From Clostridia bacterium (GTDB lineage: Bacteria > Bacillota > Clostridia > Christensenellales > Aristaeellaceae), in the NCBI GenBank assembly GCA_045599485.1, contig JAZRWA010000089.1:1-12495 (forward strand): a stretch of 12,495 nt of DNA, in the 5' to 3' direction. The first letter of the stretch is position 1; the number at the start of each line of letters is the position of its first letter. Under the pieces are notes generated by a model. It saw nothing but the letters and a program-made list of their open reading frames with translations. It was not told the DNA's origin and searched no databases. Below are positions 1 through 7,294 of the stretch, in pieces. The translations under genes were made by a program, and so were the position numbers.

Positions 1-1
1 T

Positions 2-766
2 GAAGATGCTCATAAGGCGGCGGGAGAAAGATTGAAGGACTATCCCGGTTTTCGACCGATTCACGGTAACTTTCATGACATAAGAGAGCTTCTGCCTGAA
101 GGCACTATGCTCGACGGCGGTCTTTTGGATCTGGGTGTTTCCTCCTATCAGATCGATACGCCCGAAAGAGGATTCTCTTATCATGAAGATGCGCCGCTGG
201 ACATGCGCATGGATCGTTCACAGGGAGTCACCGCGGCCGAATGGCTGGCGATGCAGGATGAAAAGACCATCATGAACGCACTGTATGATTACGGTGATGA
301 GAAATGGGCGGCCCGCATCGCCAAGGTGATCGTGGAAAGACGTGCAGCAAAGCCCATTCTGACCACAACGGATCTTGTCAGCTGTGTGGATGCGGCCATA
401 CCGAAGGCAGTGCGCCGTAAGGACGAAGGGCATCCGGCAAGAAGGACGTTTCAGGCGGTACGTATCGCCGTGAACGACGAGCTGGCTCCTTTGTAGCAGG
501 CGCTGAACGACTGGATGAGCATGATTCGCCCCGGCGGCAGGTTGTGTGTGATCACTTTTCATTCGATTGAAGACCGAATTGTGAAGCATGCGTTCAAGAC
601 GATGCAGAATCCCTGTATCTGTCCGCCGAAGGCTCCGATCTGCACCTGTGGGAGAAAACCAATTGCCAGGGTGATGGGCGGCGGCGCCATCAAGGCTTCT
701 GCCGAAGAATTGGAAAAGAATTCACGCGCGCACAGCGCAACGCTGCGCGTCGCCCAAAAACTGTAA
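2..766 (+). CDS. rsmH: 16S rRNA (cytosine1402-N4)-methyltransferase RsmH/MraW, 5'-truncated at the window edge; one reading frame with an in-frame TAG at 494-496
   Basis: ORFs 32-496 and 515-766 share a frame (both 2 mod 3) and the frame is open from position 2. Upstream of the TAG: [37 protein letters not shown]. Downstream: [20 protein letters not shown] and the Cys-rich CICPPKAPICTCG tail. All are typical RsmH motifs. Ends in TAA at 764-766. Confidence 0.88.
494..496 (+). other. In-frame TAG inside rsmH (candidate sense codon)
   Basis: GAG CTG GCT CCT TTG TAG CAG GCG CTG; the same frame carries conserved RsmH sequence on both sides. Confidence 0.8.
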
Positions 767-776
767 GGAGAAACGA

Positions 777-1631
777 ATGCTGTACGTTGTGGCGACACCA
801 ATCGGCAACCTTGGGGATATGACTCCTCGGGCTGTGGAAACACTGAAAAGTGTATCGCTGATTGCTGCCGAGGATACACGGGTGACCATGAAGCTGCTGC
901 AGCATTTTGGCATCAGCACTCCGATGACCAGCTGCCATCGGCACAATGAAGAGGACAAAGCCCTGGAAATTGTGCGAAGGATGCAAGAAGAGAATATCGA
1001 TGTAGCCATCGTTACGGATGCCGGTACGCCGGCGATTTCCGATCCCGGCACGCACCTGGTGCATCTGGCCGCCGAAGCGGGCATAACGGTAGTTGCTGTA
1101 CCGGGACCGACGGCTATGGCCTCTGCCGTATCGGTCTCTGGTATGGACATGACAGAGTTTACCTTTATGGGTTTTTTACCCCGTGAAAAGAAAGACCTGA
1201 AGGAAGCTCTGATTTCTGCTGCTCAAAGAACGCAGGCCATTGTGGTGCATGAATCTCCTTACCGGATCATCGATTTTATGAAGGTACTGGCAGCAACATT
1301 GCCCGAAAGCATGGTAAGTGCCAGCTGTGACCTGACGAAGCTGCACGAGTTGACTCTGCGCGGCACAGCCGAGGAAGTGCTTGCCCGCATGGAAGCCAAT
1401 GACAAAACCGAAAAGGGTGAGTATTGCCTGGTTATTGACCTGAGAAAGGTGCCTAAGGCAGAACCCGCCAAAGCGGCGGTGTCCCTGGAGGCGGCATTGC
1501 TTGAAAAGGTATTGGCAGGCCAGACTCTGCGGGACGCGGTCAGCGAGACCGTTAAAGAGGGCAACCGGAAAAATGCTGTTTATGCAGCCTCCCTGAAGAT
1601 CAAGGAAATGATCAAAGAGGAATACCTATAA
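777..1631 (+). CDS. rsmI: 16S rRNA (cytidine1402-2'-O)-methyltransferase RsmI
   Basis: The N-terminus MLYVVATPIGNLGDMTPRAVETLKSVSLIAAEDTR is the tetrapyrrole-methylase-fold RsmI signature, followed by DAGTPAISDPG. An AAGGAG RBS lies 6 nt upstream. 284 aa, TAA stop. Confidence 0.9.
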   Translation: MLYVVATPIGNLGDMTPRAVETLKSVSLIAAEDTRVTMKLLQHFGISTPMTSCHRHNEEDKALEIVRRMQEENIDVAIVTDAGTPAISDPGTHLVHLAAEAGITVVAVPGPTAMASAVSVSGMDMTEFTFMGFLPREKKDLKEALISAAQRTQAIVVHESPYRIIDFMKVLAATLPESMVSASCDLTKLHELTLRGTAEEVLARMEANDKTEKGEYCLVIDLRKVPKAEPAKAAVSLEAALLEKVLAGQTLRDAVSETVKEGNRKNAVYAASLKIKEMIKEEYL

Positions 1632-1677
1632 AGCAATAGGGACAGACAGGATTTGAAAAAGGACCGAGGTATCAAGC

Positions 1678-2451
1678 ATGATCTTCACCATGGATATTGG
1701 CAACACCAACGTGAAAGCGGGATTGTTCAATGGGACCGATTTGGTGCGTTATTGGCGGTTTTCAACGAACCGAACCTCCAGCAGCGACGAGTACGGTATT
1801 ATTGTGACCAATCTGTTTCAGAATGCCGGTCTGAGCACCAATCAGGTGTCCGGTATCATGATTTCCAGTGTGGTGCCGTCCATCAACTTTACGATTGAAC
1901 ATATGTGCAACGACTACTTTGGCATTCAGCCGAAGTTTGTTGCCCCCGGCATCAAAACGGGTATCAACATTCAATACGATAACCCGCGGGAACTGGGAAG
2001 CGACCGAATCTGCAACGCCGTGGCGGCACAGACGTATTACGGCGCCCCCTGCATTTTTATCGATTTCGGTACTGCGACGACCTTTGGTGTGGTGGATGAA
2101 AAGGAGCGCTTTATCGGCGGTTGCATCTGTCCCGGTATCAAGATCGCCAGTGAGGCACTTGTGCGCGGAACATCGAAGCTTCCCAACTTTGAACTGACAA
2201 AGCCGGAGACCGTGATTGGACGCAACACCATCACCAATCTGCAAAGCGGCATGATTTATGGCTTTGTCGGACAGGTGGAATACCTGATTCGGAAGATGAA
2301 GAAGGAAATGAACCGGGAAGATGCCCGGGTGATTGCTACCGGCGGTATGGCCCGAATGATCGCCTCTGAAACGGATTGCATCGACCAGATCGATGGCCTT
2401 CTGACCCTCAAGGGACTGAGACTGATTTACGAAAGAAACGCGGAAGCATAA
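1678..2451 (+). CDS. coaX: Type III pantothenate kinase (CoaX)
   Basis: MDIGNTNVKAGLF N-terminal phosphate-binding motif, GSDRICNAVAA, IDFGTATTF and ATGG motifs. 257 aa, TAA stop. The start could instead be ATG 1690. Confidence 0.88.
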   Translation: MIFTMDIGNTNVKAGLFNGTDLVRYWRFSTNRTSSSDEYGIIVTNLFQNAGLSTNQVSGIMISSVVPSINFTIEHMCNDYFGIQPKFVAPGIKTGINIQYDNPRELGSDRICNAVAAQTYYGAPCIFIDFGTATTFGVVDEKERFIGGCICPGIKIASEALVRGTSKLPNFELTKPETVIGRNTITNLQSGMIYGFVGQVEYLIRKMKKEMNREDARVIATGGMARMIASETDCIDQIDGLLTLKGLRLIYERNAEA

Positions 2452-2552
2452 AAATAACAGCCGATTTGCTGTACCATATCATGCAAAGCGGCGGGTTCAA
2501 ACTGCATCAGTTCTACGTATATTCTTGCATACGATGGCCGGAAAAGGGAAAA

Positions 2553-3254
2553 ATGATAAAATACGAAAGTGACCATTACATATTTAACTACAATAAAGGA
2601 ACACAGGCAGAACGGGATATTTTGACCATTGCCAAGGGGCAGGAAGACTGCTTCCGTTATATCTGCAAAGTTCTGGACGCGCAGCCTGACTTCAAAATTG
2701 AATACTTCCTCTGCGATACACCCGAAAAAGTGGGACATATTTACGGCGATGATGACCCCTGCAACGCCTTTGCGGCGCCACCAAACAAAATCTATGCAGT
2801 GTATAACGAGCAAGTGAAGTGCATCGGTTTCCATGAGGATGTTCACCTTATCAGCTATCTGATCAACCGCCCCGATCCTCCCGCCATTCGGGAAGGTTTG
2901 GCCATGTACTTTGATCGCAAGTGGTGGGGAATCCATAATCTGGATTGGTGCGGATTCTTCCTGAAAACCGAACGGTATATTTCCGTTGCAGCATTGCTGA
3001 CCAGAAAAGTGTTTTTCGAGACGGACTGTACCATATGCTATCCGATCATGGGAGCCTTTACGGATTATCTGATTGCAACCTATGGTCATGCAGCCTATCT
3101 GGAAATGTATAAGCAGCAGGATATTCCGCAGGCCATGAAGGCAGTATTCGGTAAATCTCCGGAGGAATTGAACGCAGAATTTATCGGCTATGTGAAGCTG
3201 TTCCGCATTGACCCGGAACTGGAAAAGCGGATGGAAGAATTGTTTTGCCAGTAA
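2553..3254 (+). CDS. Hypothetical protein with an HExxH motif, possibly peptidase-MA-like (gluzincin-type)
   Basis: ORF 2376-3254; I place the start at ATG 2553, preceded by AAGGGA. It contains FHEDVH (HExxH), followed about 19 residues later by REGLAMYF, which resembles the third-ligand Glu segment of Peptidase_MA_2-type proteins. No signal peptide is evident. TAA stop. Confidence 0.5.
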   Translation: MIKYESDHYIFNYNKGTQAERDILTIAKGQEDCFRYICKVLDAQPDFKIEYFLCDTPEKVGHIYGDDDPCNAFAAPPNKIYAVYNEQVKCIGFHEDVHLISYLINRPDPPAIREGLAMYFDRKWWGIHNLDWCGFFLKTERYISVAALLTRKVFFETDCTICYPIMGAFTDYLIATYGHAAYLEMYKQQDIPQAMKAVFGKSPEELNAEFIGYVKLFRIDPELEKRMEELFCQ

Positions 3255-3348
3255 AAATGCAAGCAGTTCAACTTTGGTGAGCGCCAAAGCAAGAACACAA
3301 GCATCACTTGATGTAATCAAAAAAGCAGATGCTTCCTATAGAGTACAA

Positions 3349-3391
3349 AACAAGCAATGCACAATCCGGATAGGATCGAGCATTGCTTGTT
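3349..3391. terminator. Candidate bidirectional terminator hairpin between convergent genes
   Basis: Perfect 12-bp stem: aacaagcaatgc (3349-3360) pairs with gcattgcttgtt (3380-3391). The loop is 19 nt. It is flanked by TTTATTT on the plus strand and TTTTGT on the minus strand, and sits between the plus-strand stop at 3254 and the minus-strand stop at 3464. Confidence 0.5.
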
Positions 3392-3463
3392 TATTTACCG
3401 CTCGTTTAGCAGATACCGATTATTCGTTTTATCAAGAGTTCACTAAACGGTTGCTGCTTTTGA

Positions 3464-4771
3464 TTATCGGCGTAATCCCTTCGGATAATGGTTTTTGATC
3501 AGGTCATCGGAGATTTTACCGAAGCCAAGAGTATAGCCCTGCAGGGAAACGGTGCAATAGCCTTTTAGCGTTCCGTTGTAAGGAATGGCATCGCCGTGGA
3601 TATAAGCCGCTGCTTCCGCTTCGGTGAGGGCAATTTCCTTTTTGCTTCTTTCTGCTAAAGCCAAAGCGTGATTTGGAACAAAATTCTTGCCCTTGAGTTC
3701 ACCCACATGAAACCCTGCACGGAGGACCTTGATTCCCTTCAGATCGGGGATGATGGCAGGGATGAGCGTAAGCTGATTGCCGAAAAGAGCGTTGGGCATC
3801 AACTCATAGCCAAGTTCGTCCATAAAAGATTTGACAGGCGGAAGGCTGCGTTGATCGGGAGCAGGCAATGTGCCATAAGCTGACGCAAATTTATCAGAAT
3901 CGATGTTCTTTTGAAGAAGGGCAATAAAATGGCCCTCTCCGCGGATTTTGTGCGGCCAGAGATGCAGCATGCCATCCGAAGAATCAGCTGTCTACGGCAA
4001 GGAAAATGGCACCAATGAGAAATCGGGATGACGGGTAAGAAACGCTGTAATGGATTGATCGTTTTCGAGGGTATTGAAAGTGCAGGTGCTGTACACCAAG
4101 GTGCCGCCGGGTTTAAGCATATCGGCTGCGGCATCCAGGATACCGGCCTGTCGTTCGGCACAGTGAGCGGGGGAAGCTTCCGACCATTCCAAACGAGCCT
4201 GCGGATCCTTGCGGAACATGCCTTCTCCGGAACAGGGTGCATCGACAAGGATGCGGTCAAAGAAATAGGTCCATTTCAATCGGAGCTGATCGGGATATGC
4301 GGAAGTTACGATACAGTTTTCGATCCCCATGCGTTCAATGTTGGAGGAGAGAATCTGAGCACGAGACGGAATAGGCTCATTGGATACGAGCAGAGCGGGG
4401 TGAAAGGACATGGCTATTTGCGTGGATTTTCCACCGGGTGCGGCACAAAGATCCAGCACAGTATCGGTGGGCTTTGGGGCGAGTACAGCAGCGGCAGCCA
4501 TAGCGGATGGTTCCTGAATGTAATAAGCCCCTGCATCATGAAGGATCGTAGCTCCGGCGCGTGATGTGTTGGCCAGATAATATGCATGGGGAACATAAGG
4601 AATCTTTCCGATAAGATCTTCGGAAGGCATAGGAGTGCGGTCGTCCCGGAAGCGGATACCGCGGGTGTGCGGATCGAGATACGTTTTCAGGAAGGCTTCG
4701 GTTTCGTTTCCAAGCTGGGTACGGATGTTTTCAATAAAAAGAGGAGGTAACGCATGCAGTGTATCACTCAT
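3464..4771 (-). CDS. RsmB/RsmF (NOL1/NOP2/Sun) family rRNA m5C methyltransferase with an RsmF-type C-terminal domain; in-frame TAG at 3992-3994
   Basis: ORFs 3992-4801 and 3464-3970 share a frame, with 7 sense codons (TADSSDG) between them. The N-terminal part has LDLCAAPGGKS (SAM motif I), DAPCSGEGMFRKDP (motif IV) and YSTCT (motif VI). After the TAG comes LHLWPHKIRGEGHFIALLQK, typical of the RsmF C-terminal domain. I chose the start at 4771 (MSDTLH) because GGAGGT lies upstream. TAA stop. 435 codons in total. Confidence 0.8.
3992..3994 (-). other. In-frame TAG inside the RsmF-like methyltransferase gene (candidate sense codon)
   Basis: Minus strand TTG CCG TAG ACA GCT; the catalytic domain lies upstream and the RsmF C-terminal domain downstream in the same frame. 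Confidence 0.8.
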
Positions 4772-4797
4772 TTTGTTACCTCCGTAAAATGATTTGA

Positions 4798-5274
4798 TCA
4801 TGTGTTGGAATCGGAATAAATCTTGCTGCGATAACGGCGAACGGGGACTTCGGTTTGCGGAGGCAGTATCTGATCCTGCTGCTCGGGAGCATCATTGGAA
4901 GAAGCATCTGATGGAAGCTCATTCTGCTGATACAGATCGGCAACGCCTGTCTCGTTAAAGGAATAGCCGCTGATGCCGTCGGTATATCCGCCTTGAAAAC
5001 CGCCTTGATAGAAGGCATCGTCATAGGCGGAGGCAGACGGAATTTCACGATGAGGTTTGCCAATCAGAAAGGGACGCCAACGCAGCACATAGACAGTCAG
5101 GTCTGCCGCACAGCCAAGCAGCAGCAACAGGAGAAATGCGACAAACCAGTAACGGTTCAGCCACGACAGAAACGAACCGGAACCGCTGCCGCTGAATGCT
5201 TGCAGTAACTCCTGAAAGAAACTGCGCAGCCAGCCGAGCAGAGAAGAAATTAAAGAAGTGGCAAATCTGTTCAT
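4798..5274 (-). CDS. Hypothetical small membrane protein
   Basis: 158-aa ORF with one clear hydrophobic helix (YWFVAFLLLLLLGCAADLTVYVL) and a low-complexity G/Q/S-rich tail. It is tightly packed between cdaR (stop 5277) and the RsmF-like gene. TGA stop. I recognise no family. Confidence 0.55.
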   Translation of the reverse strand: MNRFATSLISSLLGWLRSFFQELLQAFSGSGSGSFLSWLNRYWFVAFLLLLLLGCAADLTVYVLRWRPFLIGKPHREIPSASAYDDAFYQGGFQGGYTDGISGYSFNETGVADLYQQNELPSDASSNDAPEQQDQILPPQTEVPVRRYRSKIYSDSNT

Positions 5275-5276
5275 GG

Positions 5277-6317
5277 TTATTCGTTGGAGACGATTTCAAT
5301 CGTGACAGTCAGGGAATCGGCGCTGCAGTAGATGACGCCGGTTGGTTTGCTGAGGGTGACATTTTTCTGGAAGGAAGCGGTGGCGCCGCTGATGTCGATT
5401 TGACTTTCGATATACTCGATCAGATGCAGTTCATCCAGGGAATTGAGCAGTTTTTCGTTTGCGGCGAAAAGAACGGAAGAGGGTTCCACTGTGATACGCT
5501 TGAGCGCATAGCCTTCAGCCGGCTGACCACAGGTGAGGTCGGCGGTGTTGATGACCAGCGATTTGGTGGGATAGATCGTTTGCTCAACAATCAGGCTGTC
5601 CAGCAGGACCGACTCGGAAGTGACCTCGATGAGGGCAGAATCAACGGTGCTCTGGTCGGAGGAGATCAAACGGAAGGGAACAGCAGTGCGCTCGTTTCCG
5701 GAAGAACCGCTCAAAAGGGACAAGTCATAATCGGCAACACAGCGGATGATATTACGTACACGGGAAAGCGGACCGGAGACCGTAACATAGAGCGGGTCAA
5801 CGGCGGCGGAGGTGGCATACATTCCTTCGGGCAGTTGACCGCTGGTCTCAAGGCGCACAGGAATACGGCTGCGGGTGACATACTCGTCCACCTGCAGGGT
5901 GACGGTGCCGATGCTGACTTCCGTGACCGTTCCATAGGTGGAGGAATTGGTGGAGAGAATGTTGAGAGTTTGCGTACCGGTGCCGCGAATTCTGGACAGA
6001 TCAATACGGACATTGAAGTTGGAGGCCGAGACGGTGTTGTAGACATTCTGCGGTACTTCTGCTTTGAGGCGGATAAGCGGCAGATTGTCGAGACCATCGA
6101 CAACGATATAGCCGTTGCGGCGGAGCGTATCGGAGCCGATGATGTTGATGCTCACATCGTTGAAGGTTTTTTCACGGGTCAGAGAGCTGTCGGCGGTGAT
6201 GAGACCGCTCCACAGGCAGACGGCAAGCAGAAGGGACAAAAGCTTCCACGGCCAGTTGTGGATTAAAAACTGAAGAGCCTGCTTCAAATACGGCTTTGGT
6301 TCAAATGTCTTTTTCAT
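5277..6317 (-). CDS. cdaR: YbbR-domain protein CdaR (regulator of the diadenylate cyclase CdaA)
   Basis: Lies immediately downstream of cdaA. It has an N-terminal TM helix (WKLLSLLLAVCLW) followed by repeated beta-rich YbbR-like modules (patterns of the form VxVxGxxxxL ... DLS). I place the start at ATG 6317 (MKKTFEPKP) with a GGGAGA RBS. TAA stop. Confidence 0.78.
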   Translation of the reverse strand: MKKTFEPKPYLKQALQFLIHNWPWKLLSLLLAVCLWSGLITADSSLTREKTFNDVSINIIGSDTLRRNGYIVVDGLDNLPLIRLKAEVPQNVYNTVSASNFNVRIDLSRIRGTGTQTLNILSTNSSTYGTVTEVSIGTVTLQVDEYVTRSRIPVRLETSGQLPEGMYATSAAVDPLYVTVSGPLSRVRNIIRCVADYDLSLLSGSSGNERTAVPFRLISSDQSTVDSALIEVTSESVLLDSLIVEQTIYPTKSLVINTADLTCGQPAEGYALKRITVEPSSVLFAANEKLLNSLDELHLIEYIESQIDISGATASFQKNVTLSKPTGVIYCSADSLTVTIEIVSNE

Positions 6318-7140
6318 GCTTCTATCTCCCTTTGAACCATTTGAAGGCGGCGGAAACGGGGGAAGGTTTTTTGCTGCGATACATGCCGTGGAGAATGTTT
6401 TCCAGTGAGGCACTATCAAGATGACGAGTCAGTTTTCCGTTGTGAGCGGTACTGATGATGCCGGTTTCCTCACTGACGATCAGCACAATGGCATCGGTGG
6501 TTTCGGAAACACCGAGCGCAGCGCGATGCCGGGTGCCGAGATCACGGCTGATGGAGCTGGATTCACTGAGGGTGAGGAAGCAGGCACCGGCGATGATGCG
6601 TGTATCACGGATAATGACCGCGCCATCGTGCAAGGGGGTGTTGGGTTCAAAGATGTTTTCCAACAGGGGAGCAGAAATGACGCTGTCCAACCGGGTACCG
6701 GTCTCGATGATCTCTTTTAAGCCGGTCTGCTGTTCAAAGACGATGAGCGCACCGACACGGCGGCGTGAAAGGTTGTTGAGGCAAAGGATGATTTCACTGA
6801 CGATGCGGGCGTTTTCTTCTTCGTCATTGAGAAAATGACGAAATTTGGTGCCGCGGCCAACCTGCTCGAGAATGCGGCGCAATTCGGGCTGAAAGAGGAT
6901 AACAAGTGCGACAGCACCGTTGCTGACGATCAGGTTCATGACCCAGGACAGCGCAGTCAACCCAAGCATGTTGGAAACCAGACAGGCAAGCAAAAGCACG
7001 ATGAGACCCTTGACAACTTCACTGGCGCGGGTGCCGCGAACAAGCATCAGGAGCTCATAGATCAAAAAAGAAACGACGATTATATCAAAAATGTCAGTCA
7101 GAGACGGACGATTAAAAATGTTCCAAAGAAAGTTTTGCAT
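6301..7140 (-). CDS. cdaA: Diadenylate cyclase CdaA (DacA); a TAG at 6322-6324 lies six codons before a TGA at 6301-6303
   Basis: Three N-terminal TM helices plus a DAC domain with DGAVII, GTRHRAALGVSETTDA and VSEETGIIS. Under the standard code the CDS is 6322-7140. With TAG as sense it gains KHEKDI and ends at TGA, overlapping the cdaR start. Confidence 0.88.
6322..6324 (-). other. TAG near the end of cdaA (either a stop or a sense codon followed by a 6-codon tail)
   Basis: Minus strand GGG AGA TAG AAG CAT GAA AAA GAC ATT TGA. Confidence 0.45.
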
Positions 7141-7192
7141 CTGAGCATTAACGCCGGTAACCGGACGACCTCTCTTTCCGCAGACTGCTTTT

Positions 7193-7220
7193 ATTATAGC
7201 AGAAAATAAAGTCTGATTAA
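7193..7220 (-). promoter_or_regulatory. Candidate sigma-A promoter for the cdaA operon (extended -10)
   Basis: On the minus strand there is TGcTATAAT, a perfect -10 (7198-7193) with a TGn extension. A weak -35, TTAATC (7220-7215), lies 16 nt upstream. The element is about 50 nt upstream of the cdaA ATG and downstream of the preceding terminator. Confidence 0.5.
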
Positions 7221-7253
7221 AGAGGATATGCGGACAACAGCAAAAAAAAACTT

Positions 7254-7279
7254 ACAAAAAAATCCCGCCGAAGCGGGAT
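7254..7279 (-). terminator. Rho-independent terminator of the PrsA-like lipoprotein gene
   Basis: On the minus strand: ATCCCGC-TTCG-GCGGGAT, a 7-bp GC-rich stem (7279-7262) with a tetraloop, followed by TTTTTTTGTAAGTTTTTTTTT. It starts 15 nt after the TGA at 7295-7297. Confidence 0.85.
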
Positions 7280-7294
7280 GGTAAGAAACGTAAA

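Noticed and set aside
1653-1898. An 81-aa ORF overlapping the coaX start in another frame, plus other short alternative-frame ORFs (for example 12155-12454, 11309-11713, 7549-7812).
   Set aside because: All lie within stronger, motif-bearing CDSs in a different frame. ORF 11309-11713 in particular is displaced by the in-frame third esterase segment.
2427-3320. A 297-aa minus-strand ORF antisense to the HExxH gene.
   Set aside because: It has no recognisable motifs and overlaps a better-supported plus-strand CDS whose end is followed by the terminator hairpin. Shadow ORF.
3208-3498. A 96-aa plus-strand ORF spanning the convergent intergenic spacer.
   Set aside because: It overlaps the 3' ends of both flanking genes, runs through the terminator hairpin, and has no RBS or recognisable motif.
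5196-6266. A 356-aa plus-strand ORF antisense to cdaR.
   Set aside because: It is a Gly/Asp/Ala-rich low-complexity translation with no motifs and no RBS, and it lies fully inside a well-supported minus-strand gene. This is a typical shadow ORF.
7141-7294. A possible riboswitch or leader (for example c-di-AMP-related) upstream of cdaA.
   Set aside because: The region is accounted for by a terminator, a promoter and a 5' UTR of about 45 nt. There is too little sequence, and no conserved pairing that I could recognise, for a riboswitch.
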